This document shows, piece after piece, positions 51,263 to 63,557 of a stretch of 64,000 nucleotides of DNA. The position numbers and the translations under genes are program-made. The stretch comes from Felis catus (Eukaryota). The notes under the pieces are model-generated. The model was not told the origin of the DNA. It made no database searches and saw only the letters and a program-made list of their open reading frames with translations. Numbering within the stretch: position 1 is the first letter of the stretch; the number at the start of each line of letters is the position of its first letter. The stretch covers positions 137,022,001 through 137,086,000 of the forward strand of contig NC_058368.1 in assembly GCF_018350175.1 (NCBI RefSeq), read 5' to 3'.

Positions 51263-51738
51263 TAAAATACAGTGTCCAACACACTGTCAAAAATTTTATG
51301 GGAAAATAAAACACATTGAGCAAGAACCAGCAGAAAGACAACTCAAATAGGCCCTTAAGCACTGGAGATAATGTCTGTTGGAATTATTAGCTATAAACTA
51401 TAAAACCACCTTGCTGTGTTTAAAGAAGAGAGAAATAAACTCTTGTTTGAAGGCTGTGTTTGAAGAAGAGAGAGAGTGAAAGGTAATGATTTAAGATATA
51501 ATAGTTGAGAATATTCAGAACTCATGAAAGACATCTTTCCATAAATTCAAGAAGCCTAATAAATTCTACACAGTATATTTACACAGCACTTCCAGACACA
51601 TTATAGTAAAAACATAGATAACCAAAAAACCCTGAACTGTCTCTATACCATATATTAGAAGCAGCCATAGGGAAAAGGATGTATTGCCTTCAAAAACATA
51701 AATTGACAGCTCATTTCTAAAATCAATAATGGAAGTCA

Positions 51739-51903
51739 GGGGATGCCTGGGTGGCTGAGTTGGTTAAGCATCCTTCTTTGGCTCAGGTCATGATTTCACA
51801 GTTGATGGGTTCAAGCCCCGCATGGGCCTCTCTGCTGACAGTTCAGAGACTGCTTCAGATCCTCTCTCTCTCAAAAATAAAAATATTTAAAAAAAATTTT
51901 TTT
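51739..51903 (+). mobile_element. Can-SINE
   Basis: ggggatgcctgggtggctgagttggttaag head; gaagtcag on both sides. Confidence 0.9.
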
Positions 51904-53202
51904 AGTGAAGTCAGAAGAGAGTAAATGATATTTTTAACACGGTGAAAGAAAATAATTGCCTGCTTAGAATTCTTTTCCATATACATATAAATATACATAG
52001 ATACATGGACTAGAATTATATATTGATACATATACTGATATATATATATATGTGTGTGTGCTTATATATGTATATACATATATATACACATATATTCTAT
52101 CAGTAACAAAGATTAATAAAGACTTTCTTTAAATGAGAGAATTTGGTAAATTCTAAAAGATCTATTTCAGGATAAAGTAAAATGATCCAGATGGAAAGTC
52201 TGAGACACAGGAAAAATTTGAATTAGTTTAACAATGCAAGGTTAAAAATATAATAAATAGCAACACAAAAAGTTTTTAAGCTAACCACTAAAAGAAAAGA
52301 TAGTGTAAATCTTCCAAAATAGTAAAGGGGAAAAACTAATGATAAACAAATCTTAGTCATTCGAAAGGGAGTCAGAAAACAGAAGTAAAAGGATTATTGA
52401 AGATGTAGGATGTATAGAAATCTTGAAATAAGATGATAGATTAAGATCCAGATGTGTCAGTAATTACATCATATGGAAATGGACCAGGGTTACTATTGCT
52501 TAACAAGTGCATGTGAGAGGGCTGTGAGGAATATGAGAGTGCTCTGGGCTGAGTGAGGGTGGGGATCCTGAATTCAGGTGCTGGCTTAGTCATTAGCTAA
52601 CCATGGAATCCCGAGCAGTTCTCAGGACCTGAGTCCTCTCAGGAAATGAGGATATTAGGTTGGATAAAGAATGAGCTTCATTCAGTCCTTATAGACATAG
52701 CGATTGCTCTCATGACCTCTTTTCTTAGGTCCCAGGTCTTAAGATAGCCTTTTGTTGCTAAGGGCTTGTCACATTCCTGGAAGGAAGGGACGCCCTCTGC
52801 TGAGATAAAATTGAATTCTCTTAAACCTCTGTCAGCTACTGGACAAGATATCTGACTGAGATTGGCATATGGAAATGGCATATGTTAGAGACAGAGAGGC
52901 CTTAGTTAAAGGTGAAATAAATGCCCCTCTCAATGACTGTTCACACCCTTGCTGGAATCTACAATAATCATTTACTTGAGTTAGCAAATGAAAAATACAA
53001 CTTACTGGTCTCTAAAGAAGAGGGGACAGAACTTCCAAAGCTATTCATATTTATCCTGCGCATCAAAAATTTAGATTTATCCACACTTAATAGATCTTAT
53101 GACACCGATGCCCTCACTTAGTCCATATGTAAAATGGCCACAGTTCAAACAGAGCTGGAGTTATCCTGAGGGAAAGCTGGAAAATGGGTGACCCTTACAC
53201 CG

Positions 53203-53241
53203 CTCCCCTCCTGGCTCCCCTCCTGGCTCCCCTCCTGGCTC
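53203..53241. repeat. 12-bp tandem repeat (ctcccctcctgg) x3
   Basis: Direct observation. Confidence 0.9.
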
Positions 53242-54241
53242 TCAGTGTATTGCAACCTAATGCAGCTTGTGTGTTGCCAGCTAATAGTTTGGACATTTGG
53301 CTTCGAAGGATGCCTGCCAAAAAAAAATTACAAATTGAATAGGATATTAATAGTGCAAACTGAAGCGAAGAGCAAGAAAACAGCACAGCTGACATTTTCC
53401 CTGTTTCCTTCAACCGTATTACAAAGTAAAAACAGTGATAATGTAATCAGATCTGCAAAGAAGCCTGCCAGAAATACTAAACACTATCAAGAACGCTTTT
53501 GGAAGTATAGATTTATACCCTTTGTCATCCATGACAGCCTCAAGTAGTAACAGCTGATATCAGTTCATGATGGAATGGGGCTATCGTAATTAGTAGAAAA
53601 CCTTGAAGTATGTTTCACTAAATTTTTTTCATTCTTTTAAAAAATTACTTCTCTGTAGATTTTATAATGAATGAATGTCGCTTGTGTGTATAATTTGTAA
53701 GCAATCAGACAAACAGACATTAGAGCTCAAATAATGGGGCAGGGGTGGAGGGAGTGGGGGCAGGAGGGGGAATATATAGACAAAGAAATCTGAAGACCTC
53801 AGGCCTAGTTAACAGCCAGATCACTGGGGCGCACCTCGAGAGTGAGATGAACGGTAAGGCTACCTGGGAACTGAGCCGCCTTGGGTCCTCGGGTCCTGTA
53901 AGAGTTGAGCCCTGTGGTGGAGTGGCTCTTAAGGCAGACAGAGACTCCAGTTCCAGTCTGGGGGTCTCTCTACAAGTGGGACATTTCTAGCCATAGCTGG
54001 GGGGGGGGGGTCAGACACAGCTATTTCAGCCCCAGCTTCCTGGTTGGTGGTATTGTCCCAGCCCCCTGCCTAATTCAGAAAACCTGGTCCACCACGATGC
54101 AGCGTTCACATGGCCCCCTTTGCCAAAGGAACTTTGACAGGACCTAGTTTCCACAAACCCCATGACTTCAACTTTCCACGCATTTGCTGCTTTTTCTTTT
54201 AAAAACAGATTTTTCTTTTTGTTTTTGAGTATGTGTGATTT

Positions 54242-55290
54242 TGTGATATATAATAAGAAATATGTGTATTTGGTTTTTCTCTCCTGTTTCTGACACACTT
54301 TCTAAAACCCTTGGAATTTCCTATGTGATGAGAGCGGAAAGGTATCTTTTGTTATGTTAACGAGGTGACTTTTGGACAGCACCTAAGGAGGAGAGCTGGT
54401 TGCCAGTGGAGCCAACCATATGATTAGAGGGTTAGACCTTTGAGTCCTCCTCTCACCCCAGAGAGGGGAGAGGGGCTGGAGTTTGGATCAATAGCCAGTC
54501 GCCATGATTTAATCATTGCGCCTACGTAAGGAAGCCTCAAACCCAGAAGCCGTCCCAGCTTGGTGAACACAAGATTCAGGGACAATGATGCACCAGGAAA
54601 GGGCCTGGAACCTCTGTCTCTTTTCCCCACACCTTGCCCTGTGCATTTTTTCCATCTGGCTATTCCTGAGTTATAGCCTTTTTTTTTTTTTTTAAGTTTA
54701 TTTATTTTGAGAAAGAGAGTGCAAGCAAGGAAGAGGCAGAGAGAGGGAGAGAGAGAATCCCAAGCAGGCTCCATGCTGTCAGTGCTGAGCCCAATGTGGG
54801 GCTCAAACTCATGAACCGTAAGATCATGACATGAGCTGAAATCAAGAGTCAGATCCTTAAACGACTGAGCTACATAGGCATCCTTTTATACCAAATTGGT
54901 AATCAAGTGAGTAAACTGGTTTCCTGAGTTCTGTGAATCACTCTAGGAAATTAATTGAACTGGAGGGGTTGGGGAGAGTCACCAGAACCTCTAATTTGTA
55001 GCAGCTTAGTCAGAAGTATCAATGATGATCTGGACTTGTGATTGGTGTCTGAAATGGAGTGGGGACAGTCTTCTGGGACTCAGTCCTTACCCTGTGGGTG
55101 ACTATCTTCTGGTAAACAGTATCAGAGTTGATTAGAACTGTAGGATACCCAGCTAACTGGTATCCCAAGAATTGCTTGGTGATATATAGAAATCTATATA
55201 TTTCTATATATAGAAATCTTGCACACACATACACATTGGATGGATCCCCCCCCCCCATCTCACATACACATACACATTGGAATTGGGTCC
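54242..55290 (+). mobile_element. MER21-family-like ERV solo LTR interrupted by a SINE
   Basis: tgtgatatataataagaaata...ctaaaacccttggaatttcct...ggttgccag...accatatgattagagggtt...tttcctgagttctgtga; 3' boundary approximate. Confidence 0.8.
54680..54884 (-). mobile_element. Can-SINE
   Basis: T tail and gagagaatcccaagcaggctcc body. Confidence 0.9.
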
Positions 55291-55689
55291 CAAACTCTTT
55301 AGTATGATACCTATTTTTTTTAATGTTTTATATTCCATTTATATAACCATTTCCATGTGTTTGTATTAGAGTAGAGAGAAATACTCTTGTGATTACTTTG
55401 CTGTCTCAACTCAAAATCTTTGGACATTCATTTGAAATCTTGACCAACTGAAGACCCGACGAGTTAGTGGAACTTGACAGGTACCATAGCAAGGTGTTTT
55501 CTAAAACCAAGTTTCTTGATTAGGATACAATGTGCTCTCCAGTTCACCATATTGAGTTATAGGATTTTATTTGCTTTGTTTGTCTTTTTATGTAAAATTA
55601 TTTATTAAGCTTCAGTAGCCTGGGGATACAAACATAATAGCATTTCTTTTGTTTTTCAGACTAAAGCAGTTCAGTTGGGATAGTAGAAT

Positions 55690-56241
55690 GCGTAGTGGCC
55701 CTGTGCCCTCTCTGTGAATTGTCCAAGAACGTTAGTGGTTTGGTCCACAGTAGCCATTCCTGCTGTCGTGGTGCTTGTTCTTCTCTCCCCAAGAGATATC
55801 TCACTCCAGATTACTCCAAGCCATTCAGTATCCAATTATTTAGCCAGCAAGTGGCTCAGCATGCAATTTGTGACCCAATTCTGGCCAATTAATCATGAGA
55901 GCAGGGGGGAGAGGTGGGACAGGAGGGACTTCTGGGAAAGACTTTCTCACTCTTAATAAGAGAGATAAGACAGGAAGCCTCTTGTTTCCTCTGGACATTG
56001 AAAATGTCTAGATGTGACTTTTGGGACTTCCACAAACACAGATTGACCTTGAGCTGAGCCAGATGAGAGTAGAGTGGGAAAACGAGAAGCACTGAACCCT
56101 CATGATGCCATTGCGCATCATTAACAACCCTAGCACTTCTCAGCTTCTGTTATCTCTATGAGATAATACATGTCTTTATTATTTATTCCACTCTGAGCTG
56201 AAGCTTGTTACCTGAACAGTAAAGCATCCCAACTGATAATA
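55690..56241 (+). mobile_element. MLT1K/J-like MaLR solo LTR
   Basis: tgtgacccaattctggccaat...cttctgggaaagactttc...agcatcccaactgata. Confidence 0.7.
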
Positions 56242-56288
56242 CCTGCTTTCCAAATGGCTCCAGCAGTGAGAATGGGATCACCTAGGCT

Positions 56289-56945
56289 GCATTGTCCAAG
56301 AGAAAAACAATGGAAGCCATCACTGGGGGCCACATACATCATTTAAGACTTTTTAGTTTCTACAATAAGATGAAATTAATTTTAATAATTTAAACCTACT
56401 CTATGCAAGATATTATCATTTTGACATGTAGCCAACATCAAAATTGATATTTTACAATATCTTAACATAAAATAACACAAACTGTAAGAGAAAAAATTTT
56501 TAAATTGGACTTCATCAAAATTAAAACTTTATGTTCTTTGGAAAATACCATTAAGAAAAAAAGACAAGTAACATTCTGGGAGAAAATATTCATGATACAT
56601 GTATCTGATGAAGGACCAGAATATATACAGAGCTCCTACAGCTCAATAGCAAAAAGACAAGTAATCAGTTAAAAAAAATAGGCATATTTGAGCAGTTACC
56701 TCACAAAAGAGGACATAGGAATGGCAAGCAAGCACATGAGAAGAGTCTCAACACCACGGATCCTCAGAAGACGCAAACTAAAATCACAATGAACTTCAAC
56801 TACAAAACCTCTAAAATGGCAAAAATGAAAAACACCTAAAATGCTATGAATTGGCAAAGCTATGGAGCAACTAAACCCCTGACCCATTGTTGGTTGGTAC
56901 AGTTTATTATGTGTAAATTATATTCCACTTAAAGCTTTAAAAAAA
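56289..56945 (+). mobile_element. MER3-like fragment followed by L1MB/MC ORF2 3' fragment
   Basis: gcattgtccaa...; then aaattggacttcatcaaaattaaaact...tgggagaaaatatt...aagcacatgagaaga. Confidence 0.75.
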
Positions 56946-57254
56946 AGAGTTAAGCCAATGAAGTTTCAAAGTAATGGCACATGATTCACATGAAAAGCAA
57001 AAAACAAAAATTACAAAGGTGTAATGGAGTTACTGCTAATATTTAAAGAGGCACTTTGCTAAATCTTTGCTTTATTTATTTCCTCATTCAGTCTTGAAAA
57101 AGAGCCTACGAGGGAGGTATACTTACTATCTACATTTTAGAACTGACCACCCTGAAGCTTATAGAGATTCAGTGGTCAGGCCTGAGTTAATGATCCTACC
57201 TAAACTCTTAAGCATTAAGCAAAAGAAACTGAAATTAAAATTAAAACTAGATTA

Positions 57255-57522
57255 GGGGCACCTGGGTGGCTCAGTTGGTTGAGCATCTGACTGTTGATTT
57301 TGGCTCAGGTCATGATCTCGCAGCTTCGTGGTTTCGAGCCCTGCATCAGGCTCTGTGCTGGCAGCGTGGAGCCTGCTTGGGATTCTCTCTCTGTCCCTCT
57401 CTCTCCGCCCCTCCCCCATCACGCTTGTGCTCCTTCTCTCTCTCTCTCTTTCTCTCTCTCCCCCCTCTCCCTCTCTCCTTCCCTGTCTCTCTCTCAGAAA
57501 TAAATAAACTTTAAAAAAAAAT
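57255..57522 (+). mobile_element. Can-SINE
   Basis: TSD aaaactagatta / aaaaccagatta. Confidence 0.95.
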
Positions 57523-58481
57523 AAAACCAGATTAAATGTGGTAAAAGAAGGCGGTTTGAGGAGACTAGTGCAACAGTGACTTCAGAGTATGGGTGACTAT
57601 TCTGGTTTGGACTCTATGGCTGCTGTGTATTCCCTTCACATTGTTTCATTTGTAAAAGAGAATAAAATACCTCCTTAGAGATTTATGGGCAGGATCAAAT
57701 AAATTAACATAGGCAAAGTTCCTGGCACACAGCATGCACTAAGATGTTTATTTTCTTCTCTTCCCTAATGGAAAGCAATATATTTCATATTCTGATAGAA
57801 AGTGAACCCTTGGGTTACATTGCAGTCTTGAATCTAGAACACACTGGAGGTCCTCTTTGGTTTGGATTTTGAGTATTCATACAGATACCCCCCCCCCCAT
57901 TTACATTCATCTCCTACTCCCAAACAAAACCCCATCTCCATATAAATGGGTCCAAAAGTGAGACATATTTATTCTAATTAATCCTTGATGTTTGAGAGAA
58001 ATAAAAACATGCTCACATCATTTCAGAGTCTGGGTACAAATACAGAAAGAATCTGAGTTTGGGTAATCAGAAGACTGTCCCTTTGAGCACACAGGTTAGT
58101 GGAAGTTACAAGGAACCAAGTAGGAAGCAGATTAAGTGGATTCTTCAAAAATTCAAACTGACCCCAGTGCCCTAATGCACTTATATTCCCAATTCTGCCA
58201 AACCCAGCTCTGTAAATCTGTCATTTGCTTTGTCTATCCCATCTCTCTAGATTTGGCTCTCATGTCCTTCGTATGCCTTGAGGTGAGGACAAAGGCCATT
58301 TTCCCACAGAGGATCCAGCAGTTAGGCAGACATCTATCATAGCAAAGGAAAACCAGGCTTCAGTTAATGCCTCAATTTCTCCAAATTTTGAAAAATAAAA
58401 CGGGGTGTGGAGTTACACCTGACAGCAAGGAGCTACTAGAGTGAGTCAGGAATAAGAAACATTATGATCCAGCCTCTAGGG

Positions 58482-58483
58482 GT

Positions 58484-58545
<62 letters not shown>

Positions 58546-58546
58546 G
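58482..58546. repeat. (TG)n(AG)n compound microsatellite
   Basis: Direct observation; abuts copy B of the duplication core. Confidence 0.95.
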
Positions 58547-58564
58547 GAAGAGAATGAGAACACT

Positions 58565-59837
58565 GAGGACATAAAAAGACTGCTACTCAGTAGGTTGGTA
58601 AGAGCCGGAATGGAGTTGTTCCTTGCGTTCCCCGTGGCACGACTTCTGGCACAACTTAAGGATTTCTGGCACGGGTTCCCCCAGCCCCACGTACAGATGA
58701 GAAGACTCACGCCCAGAGAGGCGTCCCTTGTACCACTCGCCCAAGGCCACACACATCAGTGGCAAAAGCCAACAGGCCCATCTGTCTCCTGAGTCAGCTC
58801 TAGTGCCCTTTGCCCCCTGCTGGCCTTCCTCTGTACCCTGCCTTTGTAGAAATGGGAAGGAAGCTCACAATGAAAATCTAGGAGAACAAAAGAAGAGCGC
58901 GAGGGAATGGAGTAGCTCCCCTGGGTGCAAACCTGTGAGTGATCGTGAGGCCGAGGGAGCCCTCTGCTGAGATGGTCGGTAGAAAGTGGAAGTAGGTGGG
59001 AGTGAGGTGAGGGTGAGTGAGAAGTAGGGAGAGGCTGGGCTGGGTGTCTGTGGCATCAGTCAGCAGAGGGAGTGAGGGGCCGTGAAGGAACAAGGACGCT
59101 CAGGTTACAGAATTCTTGCAGGAAGGAGCAAGTGTCTGATCACCCGAAGACTGGAATCGAAGAATCGTGAGAGCTACAGGCACCCTTTGCGTATTGTTGT
59201 TCCTCCTGCAGCCTCAGGCGAGGCCAGGGCTGAGCCCCAGGAGCCCAGTCAGAGTCCAGAGGATTTCCCTTTCCAGTGCACAGAATGTGGGAACTGTCAC
59301 GTTGAGGCCTGTTGTTTGCTCCAAGCCGGCTGACCCGCCCAAAGACAGGCCGGACCGGACGGGGGCCCGTGCCATCCACAGTGCTGCGCAGATTTGATGT
59401 GACGGGGCGGCATCCAGTCGGGGTCTGGCGACGTCACCTCTGGACAGACTGGAAGGCGATTTCTAACGTTTTCAAGACACCGGGAAGCGGCTCACGCCTT
59501 CGTAATACATCGGCCACAGTTTTCGAAAGAGAATTCTCAGCCCTGCCTGCGGCACGCCGTTCCATTCGTGTACCTCGTCGTAACCCTGCCTGTGAGCCTC
59601 CTAGGAAAGACGTCCCCCTCCTTCCCTGCTCTGCCCAGCCCGCGGAAAGTCACCCTGTGGCCCTTGTAAAATCACCCACCGGGCGTCTAGAAGCTGAAAT
59701 TCCTGAGCGCCTCCCACTAGGTTTCACAGGAGAGATTTCTAATCAGGTCACTCAAGCTGGTGAAGCTGACTGCCCCGCTGTCCCACGGCTCCTTCAGATT
59801 TTGACTAAAAGTGAAGGGAGTGGATGTTTGTACTAGA
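58565..59837 (+). repeat. Direct duplication core, copy B
   Basis: See 39760-41032. Confidence 0.98.
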
Positions 59838-60184
59838 GACAACACACACATAGAAATGGAATATGGCCATGTGTCTGACCCAGCAGATGTGTTCCAAGTT
59901 ATATGGAATGTACAGCTTAACTAAGAGGTAGAGGTCTGAAAGCCCTTGTGATGGGGTGTGGAGGAGGAGGAGGAAGTTTGCATCTGAAGGGTGAAGGGTG
60001 AAGCAGCACCAGCAGAACTCTGAACTCACACCCCCGTGTCCTAAACTGCGCACCATAGCTTCCAACCATCCAAGGCATCTTTATTCCTGTTTCCCACTTC
60101 AGGTCCACTTATCCAGACCAGCAGGGCCATCATTCAGCCCAGGATTCATTTAACACGAGACTACTGCTATTTTTTTCTCCAGGA

Positions 60185-60620
60185 ATTTTAAGTGTAACAT
60201 ATGTACGCACAAATCATAACAGTCAGCTTTATACACATCCAGGTCCTGACATGGAGCGTGACCAGTACCCAGGAGCCCCTCCTGCCCCTTTCAGCCCCTT
60301 TCAGCCTCTGCCTCCTCAGATAACCATGACTCTGACTGACTCTAACCATGACAGTCTGCCTGTTCCTGAACTTGCTTTAAAAAATAGAATCCTATGGTGC
60401 ATACTCTTTTATGTCATTTTTGTTACTCACGCTTAGGTTTGTGAGAGCCAACCATGTTATGTGTAGTTGTGGCTGGTTGACTTTTGCACTCATTCTTGTA
60501 AGTATTCTGTTGCTTAAACAGGCAGGATTTATATATTCCTTATACTCAATAGGGCATTTGGGGTAGTTTGGTTTGTGACCACATGCATAGTGTTGCCATG
60601 AACATTCTAACACACGCCAT
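60185..60620 (-). mobile_element. Old L1ME-like 3' fragment
   Basis: gcctgttcctgaactt...aatagaatccta...gtttgtgagagccaaccatgtt...gggcatttggggtagttt...atgaacattct. Confidence 0.65.
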
Positions 60621-60632
60621 ATCATATTTTGG

Positions 60633-60835
60633 TTTTTTTAATGTTTACTTATTTATTTTGAGAGAGAGAGAGAGAGAGAGAGGCAAAGAGAAAGGGAGAG
60701 AGAGAATCCCAAGCAGGCTGTGCACTGTCGTCACAGGGCTTGGCACGGGGCTTGAGCTCAGGAACCATGAGATCATGACCTGAGCCAAAATCAGGAGTCA
60801 GACACTTAACTGACTGAGCCACCCAGGTACCCGCC
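60633..60835 (-). mobile_element. Can-SINE
   Basis: Standard body; ccatat on both sides. Confidence 0.9.
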
Positions 60836-61385
60836 CCTACCATATTTTAAAATTTTGATGCAGGACTGCCCATCATTGCTCTGATCCTTGTTACCAGGAA
60901 GATGGTTCACTCCTAAGATTCACAACATTTTTTGAATTTTGATACACTATTTTATTTCATTAGTCACCCACTTCCTCCTGAAATGAAGAATGCATAGGTT
61001 TCTTTTTTTTAAATAAAATCAACCTGATTTAAGGACATGGCAGTGTCATTAGCATGTACTCACTTTTTTGTGCCCTTAGCAGCTTGTCCTGCACAAAGCA
61101 AATAATTTCATTTTTTCAGTTGCAGTGAATTGTTTGAGAACAATCTCCCCCATACATACTTTTCACAATTTGTCCTAAACAAAATACCATCACTCCCTTA
61201 ACCATTCTTCATACCAGTTGTATTCTGTTCTTTTGCTCTGCTATACCCAGGGTAAAATATTTTTGGAAAACACCATACACAAACACACATTTTTAAGCTG
61301 ACATCTAAAAGTTTTATTATCTGTTCAAATGAATCAAAAGGTGGAATTTCTGCCATTTTTTTTTTTAAAGATGCTGGTGCTAGCT

Positions 61386-61387
61386 AT

Positions 61388-61426
<39 letters not shown>

Positions 61427-61638
61427 TTATTTTTAAGTAGGTTTCATGCCCAGTGTAGAGCCCAATGTGGGGCTTGAACCTCAAGATCAAGACCTGAGCT
61501 AAGATCAAGAGTCAGATGCTTAACCGACTAAGCCACCCATGTACCCCACAAATAAATGCTAATTTTTCCCCCAATGTGGGGCTCGAACTCATGACTCTGA
61601 GATCAAGAGTCATATGCTCTACTGACTCAGCCAGCCCC
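61386..61638 (-). mobile_element. Two short or partial Can-SINEs with (TTTA)n tail
   Basis: cccaatgtggggcttgaac...gatcaagagtcag appears twice; tctgccatttttt on both outer sides. Confidence 0.8.
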
Positions 61639-61897
61639 TCTGCCATTTTTTTAAATTGTTTGATACCTTAAATATTTTCTTTAACTTTGAAACTGTAAGC
61701 TTAGCTCATACAATTTATAAAAAACATCCACCATGTTACATGATCGACAAAGCTGTCCTCATGAAAATTGATTAGCAAAATCAGACTTACTTTCATTCAT
61801 ATGTGGTTTCTGTTTTTTATTTTTATCATTTCAAATAAACCTGTAAATACCAATTCCTTGGCAAAGATTACATCTAAATTTAAATTCTAAGCTACGT

Positions 61898-61942
61898 GGA
61901 TGGATGGATGGATGGATGGATGGATGGATGGATGGATGGATG
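61898..61942. repeat. (GGAT)n microsatellite
   Basis: Direct observation. Confidence 0.97.
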
Positions 61943-63557
61943 AAAACTCACCATGACCTTTCTCCTGAGTGAAAGAAAGAGCCACACTTTGATATTTCCT
62001 CCCAATGCTTTCTTTGCTTGATTTCATGTCACTCTCAGAAAGGATGCATTCTTGGGTTGTTTGGTACCCAGAAGTCTTTTACACTTCAGAGTAATAATAC
62101 TCCACCATAAGATCCAGAATGGGTGAGAGGTCTGTTTTTCTACTTTGTTAAAATGAGAGAAGGGAAAGGGGAGATGGAAAGCTGTGCTCTGAACCAATTT
62201 TCTCCACACTTTCTTTCTAAAACCATATGGAGGAGAAAATGGTGTTTTAAAGATGTTAGGTCCCTTTATTTTCTCATGCTTTAAATAGGCCACCTATGAT
62301 GCTTAGTTTCACCTTTATGTCAGGTATAAAATCTCCATGGGGATCCAGAAACTAGACAAAGGATAGGTTTTCCAGTCTCTTAAGAAAATGGATTGTAAGA
62401 GATTTCCTGATAGGATATTTGCTTACTGAGTATTTGGAAAGTTTAAAATTCTCCCTCTGAATTAGTCTATTTTGCTTGTTTATACTGTGTTCAGGTGTTT
62501 TCTAGATAGTATTAGAATCAGCACTATCATCAGTTCTTAATTATCTAACAATATTTATTCTGTTCATTACCTGAGGTCAATTTTTAATTTGGGTTGACTT
62601 TTTCTTGAAATTTAGCACAACAAACATCTTGGCTCATTTGCCCCCCACAGCTCAACTAGTTTGAGCTCATGGAATGCAAACTAATTTTAAAATAAGCAGG
62701 AGACTCCAAAGGCAAGATTTTCTGCCAAAAAAAAAAAATAATAGTAATGCATTAAGAGCCAACTGATAGTACTCTGACATCTGGTACCCCCCATTCTCCA
62801 CAACATCTGCAAACCTGAAAACATCCCCAAAAGCCTCTGGGAGTGAACACTCTGGAAAGATTCAAACCTTGAAGGTTACAGAAGATACAAGACAACCCTT
62901 CTTCCCCCAGACAATAGTGCATTCCCAGGAGACCAGGACCTCTAAAGGTCATAAAAACCATCCACAGAGAATATCAAAATACAGAAGCCCAGGAGAACTA
63001 GGTGGGAGAAAAGTGGAAGGAGCAGAAAAAAGTGACGAAAAATGAGAAGCAAGTGGCAAAAGAGAGAAGCCAGAGCAAAGCCTAGAAATTTTGATGATTC
63101 AGGAAGAAACAAACTCCCTATAAGAGAGGAGAAAGGACATGGGGAAACCCAGAAGACAACCAAGGAAAAGCAGCAGCAACCCAAAGAGCAGAGCAGACTG
63201 GAAGCCTTCAGCCCCAAACACCTCAGTCTTCTGAGGGCCTCTACACGGTATTCAGTGAGGGTCCCTGTTGTATTTCCATCTTTTGGGCTTTGATGAATAA
63301 AGATCCACTCCTGACCCTAGGGAAAAGAGACAGTCACTGAAAGAATCCATGTTATTAAAACACAATTTAGAACTGGAAAACTATCAGGAAGTAAGATGGC
63401 CTAAGCAATCAGCTCTTCCCTCCTCTTTCTGGATCACAGGATGCCCACAGACCCTGCTTCTCTCTGCATGTGGGCTCCTTCACTCTCCCTCACTCAGCCC
63501 TTTATCTGTTTCATCATAATTACTGCTTCCTCATAGCTGTGCTTACTTACAGACTGT

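Larger units (their letters stand above)
50040..52480 (+). mobile_element. Highly decayed old L1 5'/ORF1-region (or HAL1) remnant hosting younger insertions
   Basis: A-rich tract with ttcaagaagcc...cagacacattatagtaaaa...gcttagaattct motifs; boundaries approximate. Confidence 0.5.
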
